A stretch of 45,493 bases of DNA, from IMG/VR virus record IMGVR_UViG_3300020414_001890, positions 1 to 45,493 of that record. One strand, given 5' to 3'. Every line of letters begins with the position of its first letter. The first letter of the stretch is position 1. The notes below the pieces were generated by a model. That model searched no databases, was not told where the DNA came from, and worked only from the letters and a program-made list of their open reading frames with translations. Shown one piece after another: positions 10,526 through 21,900 of this stretch. The DNA is from a virus (taxonomy: Duplodnaviria; Caudoviricetes). A program made the translations under genes and the position numbers.

Positions 10526-13500
10526 TCAATAATTGTCTGTGGTTCTAATTAAGGTGGTTGATTTAACCGACTTAATTCTGTAAGCTGCACCCGCATTACC
10601 AACAATTCTTTCACCACCCAAAATTGCTTGGACAACTGCACCTGTGCCAGTTGTATCACCAACAGCAGGAGTAACAGTTGCAGTTGGATGATAAACACCC
10701 AGTGTCACTTCACCAGGATATCCATATCCACCATCAGTAACAGTTACTGATGCAATCTGGTCACCAGCAGTGGTCATATTAGCTGTCACAACTGCAGGGA
10801 CATCTCCGATTGCTTCAATCGCAATAGTTGGTGTTGCAGAATAGTTAATACCAGGATCTTGGACAATAAAGTCTACAATGGTGCTATCTACAGAGAAGTT
10901 ATACAAGTAACCACCGTTTCCTAGATTCACATCACCAGTAAAGTATGGTGTGAGTTGATTAACAGTCAATACACCTGTGCTGGAGAACCAAGAAACGACT
11001 CTTGCAGTAATTCCAGATTCCTCACCAGTAATCAATTCACCTGTGCTGTAGTTGAGTCCATTGCCACCATCAGTATCCAATGTAATTTCAATAAGTGCTT
11101 CGTGTGGGACACCCTCACTTAGAGCACCTGCTTCAATAATAGTTGCAAACTTAACTGGAATAGCAGCATCTTTTACCTGATCTCCAACTTGGAATAGTGT
11201 TGTATTTTGACCACCAAATGTTTCTTCAATACCATATAGGGAGCTGTAGATACCTCCATCAAGATTGATTTGATTCAGATAATCAGTGTTTGTATTGACA
11301 AGATCGGGAATGCCATCACCTTCATTATTCTCACCTTCATCATCATCTTCAAATTTAAAATCAACTAACGTAGATAATGGATTCGTCAATAGTGCAATTG
11401 TTGATCCCGTTTCTGCTACAAGGACATGAGGTTGCTCCTGTCCGCTGCTACTTGCAATCCCTGCATCAAATTGGACAGTAGCATCTTCAGTAGAAGGAAT
11501 ACCACCATCAATGAATGCTAATTCGTCAACCTCAAACGTAACTAGAAGTTCTCTATTGCTGGGATTCCAATCATAAACTTTTGCAATTTTATTATTAGAG
11601 TTTTCGACTCTACGAATTACTCTATCACCAACGTTAAATTCATATTGAGATATACCGTCTTGGTCGTTTTGTGATAAGTCTAAAACAACTCTTTGATCAT
11701 ATTTAAAAGTCGTGCCTCTAGTAACACCAGTAAAACTATTGAAAGTCTTACCTGTATAGAATACAGATTCATTATTGATAACTAGATCTCCAGATCCTGG
11801 GAATCCGTTAGTGCTTCTTACAAAAATTTCATCATCATTAGAGGTTAGTGCTTTTACTAGACCAGTTTGATAATATGCTTCAGAGTTAAATGATTGTCTA
11901 GAGTTGACCTTTCTCTTGAGATTTACCAACTTGGTAAAGATTACATTTGGTGGTGACGTATATCCTTGACCAGGATCCGTAATTTCAATACCAGTAACCT
12001 TGCCTTGGTCGATGATAGGAACACCTTTAGCACCTTCACCGCCACCACCAGTAAATAATACATATGGAGGCTCAAGATAGAAATCACCTTCGTCAATCAT
12101 GCTGACTCTAGTAACCTTACCAGTGGTATCAACTTTCGCTCTACCTCTAGCACCTTCACCGCCACCACCTTCAAAAATCAGTGTTGGTGGTGTTGCAAAC
12201 TGAGTGCCCTCATTCAAAAGCACCAAACTGGTAACACTCTGCGTACCTGGATTTGTAGTAGCGCCGCTACCTTCTCCACCTAAGATTTCTGCTCTGGTTG
12301 CTCCAAAGTAACCATCACCAGTATTAATCATATTAATGTAAGAAACTCGTCCCTGATTATCAAGGACAACTTTTCCTTCTGCTCCCGCAGCAAAATCATT
12401 AACTACAGCAGGCACTTCACTATTCTGGAAGTATGGAATACCATACATCTCAGGACCAATTGCATAAGGATATTCAGGATCTCCATTATCATCAATACAC
12501 ATAAAGTATGCGTATGTGCCATTTGGATATTCTGGAGTTACTGCAAATCTACCATTATATTCATCCAAATCACCCACCGTAGCATCGTAGATGTAATCTT
12601 GAATTAGATCTCCTAAAACATATCCTTCTTGGACACATCTGAATCCATATAGAGATGCAGTTGTAGAGAAAGTATACAGAAGATTTGGCGCATCTACTTT
12701 TGGAGCAAACCTAACTTCTCTACTAGTAGCTGTAGCAAACTGTGCTGTATAAACTGATTCTGTTACTTGAGATCCATCAATAAAATACTGGACCCCTGAG
12801 TCAAAAATAGTTCCTGAAGCATGTGTGCCATCAGAAGTTTCACTAAAGTAGAATGGTGCTCCTGCATTAGATGCATCAGTTAAATTAAAGACATATGTCT
12901 TTCCTCTACCAAGAGATAAGAATGATGGTTTCGATCCATCAATATAATATTCACCATTAACAGTAGTAACTGTATAATTTACTGTTTCGACAGTGTTGAT
13001 TTGTGGTCTATTACCATCAGTTTCAACACCTTGCTTAAATCTAAAAGAAGATCTTACATTAATTACAGATCCATTATCATCATATCCATATGGTCCATAA
13101 ATTGGATATCCATCAAAAGATAATCCTAGAATTTTTGAGTGTCCATCAGGATGTCTATCATATTCAGGATCACCGTTTGAATTTGTAAAGAAATTGTAGA
13201 TATAATAATCATTTTCCATCTCCTCCTCTTCTATTTGAGGATCAAGGATCATATAACCTTCATCACCTGTATAACCAGACATGTATTGATGATGCTGGCA
13301 GTAGTAATAGATCCTATTAGTCTCATCCTCATGCATGAGGAATATAGGTTGATACAACTGCTCATAGTCCGCAGCAGGAGCATTTGAAGCACCAGTGCTA
13401 TTGTAATACAGTGTGCCAGGAGTAGGATTCAGCGTCCCATCGGGAGTAGTGCTGAATTGCATTGGGTGACCAATATTGCTTGGATCAGATTGATCCCAAA

Positions 13501-14659
13501 TAATCAAGTAATTTCTCTGTACCTGAATATTTTGTGGAGAAAGATAATATGTGTTTGGAATAAAGTCTCCAAACTCATGTGCCTCAGGACCAAAGTCGAT
13601 ATAAAAAATACCGTTTGGAAATAAAATCGGATCATCGGATACTGTCATCCTGAATCCTGTAGATCCAACTAAAACATCTCCAACTTGAAGTGGAGATCCA
13701 GTAACTTGTCTCAGATAAACTTTAGTAATAGCACCTTGCTGATCTGTGACAATCTTTGCAATTTGTGCGGAGGTGCTTCCATTTAAAACATCAACAGTTC
13801 TTCCAACTTCAACGTCCCCAAGATTTTGGATGATATTAGTTACACTAATTAAGATATTGTCTAATTCAGTCTTAATTCTCCAAGTAAAGACCTCTTCAAA
13901 ACCAGTATCAAGCACATCATTCTTTCTACGCCAAGCATCCAAAAAGTTGCTAGTGTGATAGTAATAAACCCCATTATCAATAACACCATCATGAGTATCC
14001 ATATTTTTCAGATATGGATGCTTTACTACATCAATATTAAAATTGACTGGTGCGTTTCCTGCTGATCCCCAATCAGGTGTATGAAGAAGACCACCATTTG
14101 CAAGGATGCCAAAAGATTTATTAGTCTGCTTTAATCTTAGACCTGGATTTGGGACATCTTTAGATCCACGATAGATAAATGTCCTATCGAATGTTTGATC
14201 TACTAATACCTTATTAGCATATGTTACTTCACTAGCAAGATATGATGGTTTTAAATTATTATCACTTTGTATTCTGAGTCTATCAGTAATATCACCATTA
14301 ATTACTGTAAACGCAGCAGTGGTTTCTGAGTTGGGATCCGATTGCCAAATTCTTTTGATATCAAAAGATGGAGCAATAGTATTTGTATCTTGCTGAGGAA
14401 TAAAATTAATTCTCAGAGGATCATATCCACGACCAGACTCTAATACTCTGACATGGACAATTCTTCCAGAGTCGTCGTCAATGATTGGATATAATAATGC
14501 TTCTTGATCTGGAGTGCCACAACCAGATACAGTAAGTCTAGGAGGGTCGGAAGATACATATCCACTTCCACCTTCTTTTACAATAACCGATCTTACTCCA
14601 AATACATCATTAAAAATTGGCTCGATTACTGCGCCCGATCCAGGAATTTCTCTAGCCAT
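10526..14659 (-). CDS. Virion structural protein with a split YHYH-like domain, cupredoxin-like inserts and baseplate GxGY repeats (1377 aa)
   Basis: YHYH-family motifs DGVIDNGVYYYH, HSKILGLSFDGYPIYGPYGY, GDLDEYNGRF, YPNGTYAYF, YPYAIGP. Cupredoxin-like HPMQFS...YYYCQHHQYMSG. Repeated IxIxxxGxGYxxxPxVxFxGGGG modules. Confidence 0.85.
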   Translation of the reverse strand: MAREIPGSGAVIEPIFNDVFGVRSVIVKEGGSGYVSSDPPRLTVSGCGTPDQEALLYPIIDDDSGRIVHVRVLESGRGYDPLRINFIPQQDTNTIAPSFDIKRIWQSDPNSETTAAFTVINGDITDRLRIQSDNNLKPSYLASEVTYANKVLVDQTFDRTFIYRGSKDVPNPGLRLKQTNKSFGILANGGLLHTPDWGSAGNAPVNFNIDVVKHPYLKNMDTHDGVIDNGVYYYHTSNFLDAWRRKNDVLDTGFEEVFTWRIKTELDNILISVTNIIQNLGDVEVGRTVDVLNGSTSAQIAKIVTDQQGAITKVYLRQVTGSPLQVGDVLVGSTGFRMTVSDDPILFPNGIFYIDFGPEAHEFGDFIPNTYYLSPQNIQVQRNYLIIWDQSDPSNIGHPMQFSTTPDGTLNPTPGTLYYNSTGASNAPAADYEQLYQPIFLMHEDETNRIYYYCQHHQYMSGYTGDEGYMILDPQIEEEEMENDYYIYNFFTNSNGDPEYDRHPDGHSKILGLSFDGYPIYGPYGYDDNGSVINVRSSFRFKQGVETDGNRPQINTVETVNYTVTTVNGEYYIDGSKPSFLSLGRGKTYVFNLTDASNAGAPFYFSETSDGTHASGTIFDSGVQYFIDGSQVTESVYTAQFATATSREVRFAPKVDAPNLLYTFSTTASLYGFRCVQEGYVLGDLIQDYIYDATVGDLDEYNGRFAVTPEYPNGTYAYFMCIDDNGDPEYPYAIGPEMYGIPYFQNSEVPAVVNDFAAGAEGKVVLDNQGRVSYINMINTGDGYFGATRAEILGGEGSGATTNPGTQSVTSLVLLNEGTQFATPPTLIFEGGGGEGARGRAKVDTTGKVTRVSMIDEGDFYLEPPYVLFTGGGGEGAKGVPIIDQGKVTGIEITDPGQGYTSPPNVIFTKLVNLKRKVNSRQSFNSEAYYQTGLVKALTSNDDEIFVRSTNGFPGSGDLVINNESVFYTGKTFNSFTGVTRGTTFKYDQRVVLDLSQNDQDGISQYEFNVGDRVIRRVENSNNKIAKVYDWNPSNRELLVTFEVDELAFIDGGIPSTEDATVQFDAGIASSSGQEQPHVLVAETGSTIALLTNPLSTLVDFKFEDDDEGENNEGDGIPDLVNTNTDYLNQINLDGGIYSSLYGIEETFGGQNTTLFQVGDQVKDAAIPVKFATIIEAGALSEGVPHEALIEITLDTDGGNGLNYSTGELITGEESGITARVVSWFSSTGVLTVNQLTPYFTGDVNLGNGGYLYNFSVDSTIVDFIVQDPGINYSATPTIAIEAIGDVPAVVTANMTTAGDQIASVTVTDGGYGYPGEVTLGVYHPTATVTPAVGDTTGTGAVVQAILGGERIVGNAGAAYRIKSVKSTTLIRTTDNY

Positions 14660-14663
14660 TTAA

Positions 14664-15887
14664 TTAACTTACTACGTTGATAGTTCCATTCATAAGTGCA
14701 TGGATAGTACACTGATAATACAATACATTTGGAGCATCCATTGGGACTGTCCAATACAAGACTGCAGTTCCACTTCCAGACTGACCATCGGTATAAGGAT
14801 TACCAGAAAGACCTTGAGTGGTTTGAATTCTAAATGGATGTGAAGTGCCTTGCACCGTATTATCAAATGCGTATGTAAACCCTCTATACACATAGAGAGT
14901 GGGATCATTAGCAGTTGTTGGGAATCCTGGTCCATCAAACGTATAATCAGATGCCTGATTTGCCGATAACTCCCACCAAATGATTGGACTATTTGTTGCT
15001 GTCCAATCAGTGCCATTGTAAAACAGAGAGTTGCCCTGGACGATACCTGAGGTGAAATCAGTATCGGTCATCCCAGCAAATGTTGTGATGGGAGTGCCAG
15101 TATAGTTGATTGTTAATTCATCACCAACAATTGCAGTGGCAATATCTGTGCCACCACTGATTGTAAGAGTGTCTGTTTGTGAATTTGCAGTTGTAGATCC
15201 ACTATCAGAATCAATAGTAGAAAACAGGTTAATAGATGCAAGACCCGACTGATCATCACCAGGAACCCAATTTGTCCCATTCCACTTCAGGACTTGATTG
15301 TTTGTCGGAGCGTTTGTAGTAACGTCTACATTAGTAAGATCGTCAATACCAGAATATTGAGTTAGTAGTTTTACACGACTATCACCAGCACCACCTGCAG
15401 TGATATTCATGTTTACATAAGGACTATCATCACCATTGATAGTATAAAAATAACCCAGGTTTCCTGTAGGAGCTGGTGCATTAGCAAGAAGACTATACTG
15501 ATTCTTATAAAGAATATTAGTTGGAAAAACTACTTGATTGTCAGTGCCATTAAATGTTGCGGTGTTAGATCCATAACCAATCGTGACATTTCCCGTGCCA
15601 TTAGGAGCGACATTAATATTACCATTTGCGGATGAAACAATGTTAAAACTGTTTACATCCAGATTTGTCTCCAACTGATTGATGAAGGATGGGACAAAAT
15701 TCACACCATTATATTTCAACACCTGATTAGTTGCAGCACTAGTCAAACTAATCTGAGTGTTAACGCCATTACCAATGGCGCTATAAATTTCAGCAAAATT
15801 ATCATTAATCTTATCACCGCCAGTGCGGAGAGTATCTCCGCTACTGTCGTTGGCAAATGTGCCTAAATTTAGAGACTGATACGCCAT
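14664..15887 (-). CDS. gp9/gp10-like baseplate-fibre connector with a C-terminal cupredoxin-like domain (407 aa)
   Basis: N-terminus QSLNLGTFANDSSGDTLRTGGDKINDNFAEIY is the T4 gp9/gp10 N-terminal motif. Fibre repeats NQVLKYNGVNFVP / NQVLKWNGTNWVP. C-terminal HPFRIQ...LYYQCTIHALMNGTINV. Confidence 0.82.
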   Translation of the reverse strand: MAYQSLNLGTFANDSSGDTLRTGGDKINDNFAEIYSAIGNGVNTQISLTSAATNQVLKYNGVNFVPSFINQLETNLDVNSFNIVSSANGNINVAPNGTGNVTIGYGSNTATFNGTDNQVVFPTNILYKNQYSLLANAPAPTGNLGYFYTINGDDSPYVNMNITAGGAGDSRVKLLTQYSGIDDLTNVDVTTNAPTNNQVLKWNGTNWVPGDDQSGLASINLFSTIDSDSGSTTANSQTDTLTISGGTDIATAIVGDELTINYTGTPITTFAGMTDTDFTSGIVQGNSLFYNGTDWTATNSPIIWWELSANQASDYTFDGPGFPTTANDPTLYVYRGFTYAFDNTVQGTSHPFRIQTTQGLSGNPYTDGQSGSGTAVLYWTVPMDAPNVLYYQCTIHALMNGTINVVS

Positions 15888-15908
15888 TGGTGTCGCTACT
15901 TTTTTAGT

Positions 15909-15916
15909 TATTTATA
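15909..15916 (-). promoter_or_regulatory. T4 late promoter TATAAATA overlapping the gp7 stop codon
   Basis: Perfect TATAAATA on the - strand, about 22 nt upstream of the ATG at 15887. Confidence 0.85.
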
Positions 15917-18900
15917 GGATCTCTGGATCAATTGCTTCTTCGCCATAAAGACTTAGATCAGGTGCGGTCCAGTCATCAGGTACGGATGTTTCAACTGCAA
16001 CCTCTGGATTTTGATAACCAGTGCCGCCGTTACCAACAACCACGCTACCAACGCCAACTAGTGCCTTGATATTTGCGTCAAATCCGCTGATAGAGTCAAT
16101 TCTAACATTGGGTCTGGAGGTATAACCAGATCCGCCAGAAGTAACATTAACCTCGCTAATAAATCCAGAATTCAAGATTACCTGTGCGTCCGCACCCGTG
16201 CCGAATACCGACCCGAGATAGTCGAAAGTAATTAGAGAGTTGGAAGATTCAATAACCGCAACTTCACGATCTTCTGTCTCACCTTGAATCGTGATGAAGT
16301 CACCAGCTTCGATTGGTGGGACAACTTCAGCAGCGTCAACGTCTGCTTCAGATCCGACGTAAGAGAATGCGACGAAGGTCGATCCAACGCGAGGAATTTC
16401 AGAGAAGATGATTCTAGAACCAACAATCTCAAAACCAACTCCAGGTTCTTGTAACACACCATTCAAGGAAACAATGATATTGTTTTCTGGTCTAATCGTA
16501 GAAGACTGGACACCTTCCGTCAATGTTAGCGAGTAGAAAATATCATCGCGCTTGAGGTTGAAGGTTTGACGTAGAGAGTCAAATTCAAACGAGATATCAT
16601 CCAACTGTCTCAATTTACCAATATAGAATCCATTGAAGGAAGATCCTTGTGTTGGAGCTTCAGTAAACTGAATCTTATCAGAGAATGTAGTGTATCCACC
16701 AGATGCACCTGGAGGTTGCAGAATGCCATTAATGAAGACCAAGATGTGACCTTCTGTGTCTGGAATGTATTGATTGCCATTATCAATCGTCAGATCAAAT
16801 GTGGTCTGAGTGCCATCAAAACCAACGAAGAATCTCTTAACTCTTGCCTTCAACTCAACATATTCATTGATCGATGCTTTGAATCCATTGGAAGACTTGA
16901 TACTATCTCTGCCAGAGATAGATCCAACAATATCACTTAGATAAAGTCTCTTAGAAATACCAATGGTTTCAATATTTTGAATCAATGCACCACCCGCGCC
17001 CGCGTAGGAAGTTTTACCAACAATTTGAGCACGACCTTCAGGGAATCCTTGACCCTCAAGATAGTATCCAATCTCATCACCGTTGGTGATACTTCCCTCA
17101 ATCACGGTTGCGTAGATATAATTATTATCAAGATCTAATTCAGTAACAATTGCATAATTTTGAGAATCTCTTGCGCCATTTACAATCTTGTAAATGTATT
17201 TGCCAACTTCAAATGTATTCAAATTATTTACAATCGAGATTGCAAATCTGTCATGACCAAGAGATGAAATTCTATCACCAACCTCAATATCGATTGTGCC
17301 AGCAAATTGCTGAATATCGACATATGCTCTAGAACTTTCAGGATATACAACTGCAGTCTTTTCAAAGTCACCAGTGATTGTATCTGTATCAAGCGTAAGT
17401 TTACCGCCAGCATTTGACGTTACTGCCGCTTCATTTGTAATCTGCTGGACACTATCTCCAGTTGCTCCTGAAGTGTAAGCAAGGAATTCTACATTAGGTG
17501 TAAAGATACCCTTAGTATCAATTAATTGCAGTCTAAAGTCAATATTTCCAATTTGTGCTGATGCGCCACTTGTTTGACCTTCCATTGTATCGAGAAGTGC
17601 CCAAGCACCTGCACCCGCATTCATAGCAATATCGACATATTCATAATTAGGATCGGTGTGTGTTGCATAAACAACACCAACAACTGATGCATCACCTTGT
17701 TTTTGAATTGTTTCACCAATCTGGAAGACTCCACCAGCACCTTGAGTAATTTCTCCCTCAACTCTTAATCTCTGGAAGATCTTAACGATCCTGCCTTCAT
17801 TAGTAGTGAGAGATTCAACTTCAGCAGAGATATCAGATTGCTTACCATACATATAGTCTGCACTAAACAATCCACCACCCAGAGGAGTAGGAATACTTCT
17901 ATCACCATAAACTTTAGATGGGATGGAGATACCACTGATAGTATCAATATCAAGATAATAAACTGTGTTTAGCAGTTGATTCTGGAATAGATCTAGATTA
18001 TCTCTAATCAGTTTCAGAATAGAATCTCTAGTGTATCCTGCAGCAAGAGTTGCATCATAATATGCAAACGATGAAGAGTATGCAGAAGGACTTGCCAAAT
18101 TGCCCGTTAGAGCGGACTCAAACAAGTCATACACATAATCTAGAGTATACTTCTTAATATTATATTCTGCGTTAGAGAATAGAATTATGCCGTTAGAAGC
18201 AGTATACGCATCCAGTGGTCCCTGATTGATCTTAGATCCCCAGATATACATTGCATCAGAATTGTTACCAGTGTAACTCAGTGATCCATTGTTATTCTTG
18301 ATATAAGCTAAAGTGCGAAGGTTACTGAAACCAAATCCGATGGAAACAGTCAAATGGACTCTATACCAACCATCACCATATGGTGTGATGCCACTTTCCA
18401 ATAAAGTAAGACCATCACCACTAGTAATTGTATTTTCTACTGTGCCATCACGCAGATCTATATCAAAGATTGCAACATTGTAAGTTGGTTGAGTATACAC
18501 TTGGAAACGGACTCTTCCCAATTCACCTGCCTTCATAAAGATGGACGAAGTGTAAGTTTGGTTATCTCCTTCAGTTGTAGGACCGTTATCAAACGTTAAG
18601 TTGGTGCTATCCCATCTTACGTTGGTGGCGTCAAAAGTTTCAAATGATGTTAGATTTAGATCTCTTAACCAATATTTTTGACCAGATGATGTAGTAGGTC
18701 TTAGACGAATGACATTCTCACTTTCTACTGGAGACAATACACCAGACCAATTATTGTTAATAGAAAGTCTAGCACTAGACCAGTTGTCAGAAGATGTATA
18801 ACTTTCAGGACTGGTCCAGAGATTTTCGGAAGATGATTCATCTTCTACAAGAGAAGTGATATTTCTTGCGGTCTTAAAGGACTGGACATTTGCAGCGTTT

Positions 18901-21900
18901 GTATACCAATCAAATGGAGTTCCCACACCATCAGCAGGAATAGTGATTGTAATCGCACCCTGAGTCAGGGTGTCGTTGGGAGCAAATGTGGTGCCATCAA
19001 TAGGACCAACAAAGATTGCGTTACCAGTATCTGCAAGGACTGTTGCAGTAGCACCATTATTACTAATAACAGTTTCTCCAACTACAAACTTGCTAGGATC
19101 AAGAATAACCGAAACTGCAGTTACTGCAGCAGGAGTTACTGGATTACCACCAGAGAAAGTAACTGTTGGGGGATTTGTTGGATCATAACCAGATCCAGGG
19201 TTGATAATATTAACCTCCGTTACCAGTCTACCTGTGATTGTAGTTGCTGTAGGTGCAGTTGTGGTAGCAGATTCATTAGGAGCGTCAACGAATCCAATAG
19301 TAACATTCTCCCATCCCTGTTGTTGACTATCAATTAGACCAATTCGAGGGACCCCGTAGTGATCATAACTGGAGCTGCTAGAGCTTGCCATCTGATAGAT
19401 TCCAAGTCTGACGTTAGCGCCACGAATACCACCAGATAGAGGAATGTCAACGTAATTCAAAGATTGGAAATTAGCTCTATTCTGATTCTGACCGTTGATG
19501 CCAGATGCACCATTGCTACCGCCATAAACAAGTCTCTCATAGAAAGTCCAAGTAACACCATTCAAAGAATAGTAAAGTGCTAAATCTTCGTTAGTATCTG
19601 GAGTTTCACCACCATTGGAGCCATTACCAGCGATAACGTAAACTCTACAAACATCAGTATCTGTAGTATCAAAAGGTGAGGTGATTCTTGCTTGTCTAGT
19701 TGAGCTTGTGCCAGCACCAAATCTGAGGTGTTGTCTACCAAGTCTAAATCCGCCAGAACCAGTACCAGATCCATCATTTACTAGACCAACACCAGCATCG
19801 AGCGAAAGTTGGTTAAGATCATCAAAATCAAATACTTCACCATCAAATCTAATAGCAGTAACAGCATTTCCAGCGATTGAAGTAGATCCACCAGCATTGG
19901 GTGAGAATCCTGCTCCACCGAAAGTCACATCAGGTGTAAATGTGTAACCAGATCCACCATTAGTGATATTGAATCCTGTCAGGACTGGGTTTGTGCTCAA
20001 TACTGCTTCAGCGAATGCCTGTAGACCACCGCCAGCAGGAGGATCGATTGTAACGTCTGGAGTATCATTGTAACCCGTGCCGCCCGTGAAGACGATATCA
20101 GAAACAACACCTTCTCTCAACAGATCAATTCTTCTTGCTTGTGTAGTGTTAGCAGAAGACACATCCGTAATGACAATATCATGGACAATATCATCAATAA
20201 TTTCAGAAAGGAAATTATCATACTGCCAAGAACCACTACCAAATTGGAAGTTAACAACACCTTCAACTTCATCAAGATAATAATTTTTGTTGAATAGAAG
20301 TTGTTGTGCAGCATATCTGCCGTTTTCACCAGCAGGTGCCAACATATCTTTCGCAATATTAATCAGATCTCTTACTCTGTAAATAGATTGCTGAATATTG
20401 GATGGAGACTCACTGTCAATATATGCTTGCTGTGCAGTATGAGCAGGGACATAGTAATTTGTTTGAGGTGTAGCACCAGGATTGAGTAGATAGTTATTGA
20501 GTGCAAACTCAATCAAATATCCAAGTCTATCGATACCATAGACAAACTGAATCAGTTGATCTTCAACTCTAACAATTTCAAACTTAGTATTGATAAATTT
20601 ATTGACTTCCTCAACCGTGCTGTTGTTGCCAGTAGTCTGAAGGTCAGCAATAATTGCAATCGCTAATGCTTCATAGTCTGCTTCAAGTTGCTCAGGAGTA
20701 TTTTCACCACTAAAGTTATATGCAACAGCTGGGTTATTGTTTAACGTGAATGAGAATTCATCAGTAATCAAACCAACTGCTTCTTCAGCAAGATACTCGC
20801 GGTTGAAGTAAATTCTATCAGCAGCAATTCTATTGTCATCAGTGGTAGGAGCAATGATATCATTGAGTGTCTCAACTAGAGTATCAATAGCATCTTTAAC
20901 ATTTTGACATTGACCCGCTGTGCTTACTGCATTCGTAGTAGCACTTACAAATGTATGATCATATTGATCGGATGGAGAAGAAGGACCAACATTTACTGTG
21001 ATTGTTGTTGCAGTAGCAGCAATAATCTCAAGTTTTGCACCAGATGCAGGGTCAGTTGATCTTGGATATGTGTGGTTTGTAGCATTACTATTCTGTGAGC
21101 AGGTAAACGTCAGAGAGTTATCTGCAATTGTAATACGGCGTCCTAAAGCAAGATCATGTGTCCCGATAGTAAGAACCAGAAGACCATTTGCAGGATCGTA
21201 AGTCGCATCTGTAGGTGTAAAATTAACTACAGCATCATCAGTAATACCCCAGTCACCGATGATAACTGCATCAGTGTTAGTTTCATCTAAATCACCAGTA
21301 ATTGCCTGTTTTGCATAGAATGCAAGACGCTCATGTGCAAATTGAGACTGCCAAACTTGGAGTCTAATGTGCTGAATTTCAAATTTAGTGTCTAGATAGA
21401 ATTTAGCAGACGTGATTGTATTTTTGTTTCCACCAAGTGCAATGTCTTGTGAAATACCATCAAGAATAAGAGAAAGGTCAGTCTTACATCTTAAAGTGCC
21501 ATCAGTGCTCTGACCGCCAGCATTACGAGGCATATCTAGAGCAAGATCAGGATATCTTGCAATCATGTCAGCTGCTGCCTTATCGACAATAGCCTGTCTG
21601 TTTAGATTGATGAGATTAGAAGCATCGCGGAATCTGTAACGTGCATCAGTGTCAATTTTATTTGCATAAAGTTTTTCATCAACAGAATTTGCTGAAGTGA
21701 GAGTTACAGGAATTTCTAAGAATGCGTCAACTGTGCCACCTGCGTATTCATATGCAGGAGAAAGTTTGGTGATGCTTGCAAGATGATCTGTGCCACCACT
21801 AAATGCATTGTTAAAAGTATCCTCAACAACACTAACCAAGTTATCGATAGTTGATTTGACATCAGCACAGTCGGCAGAAGAGAAATCTAGGACAATAACT

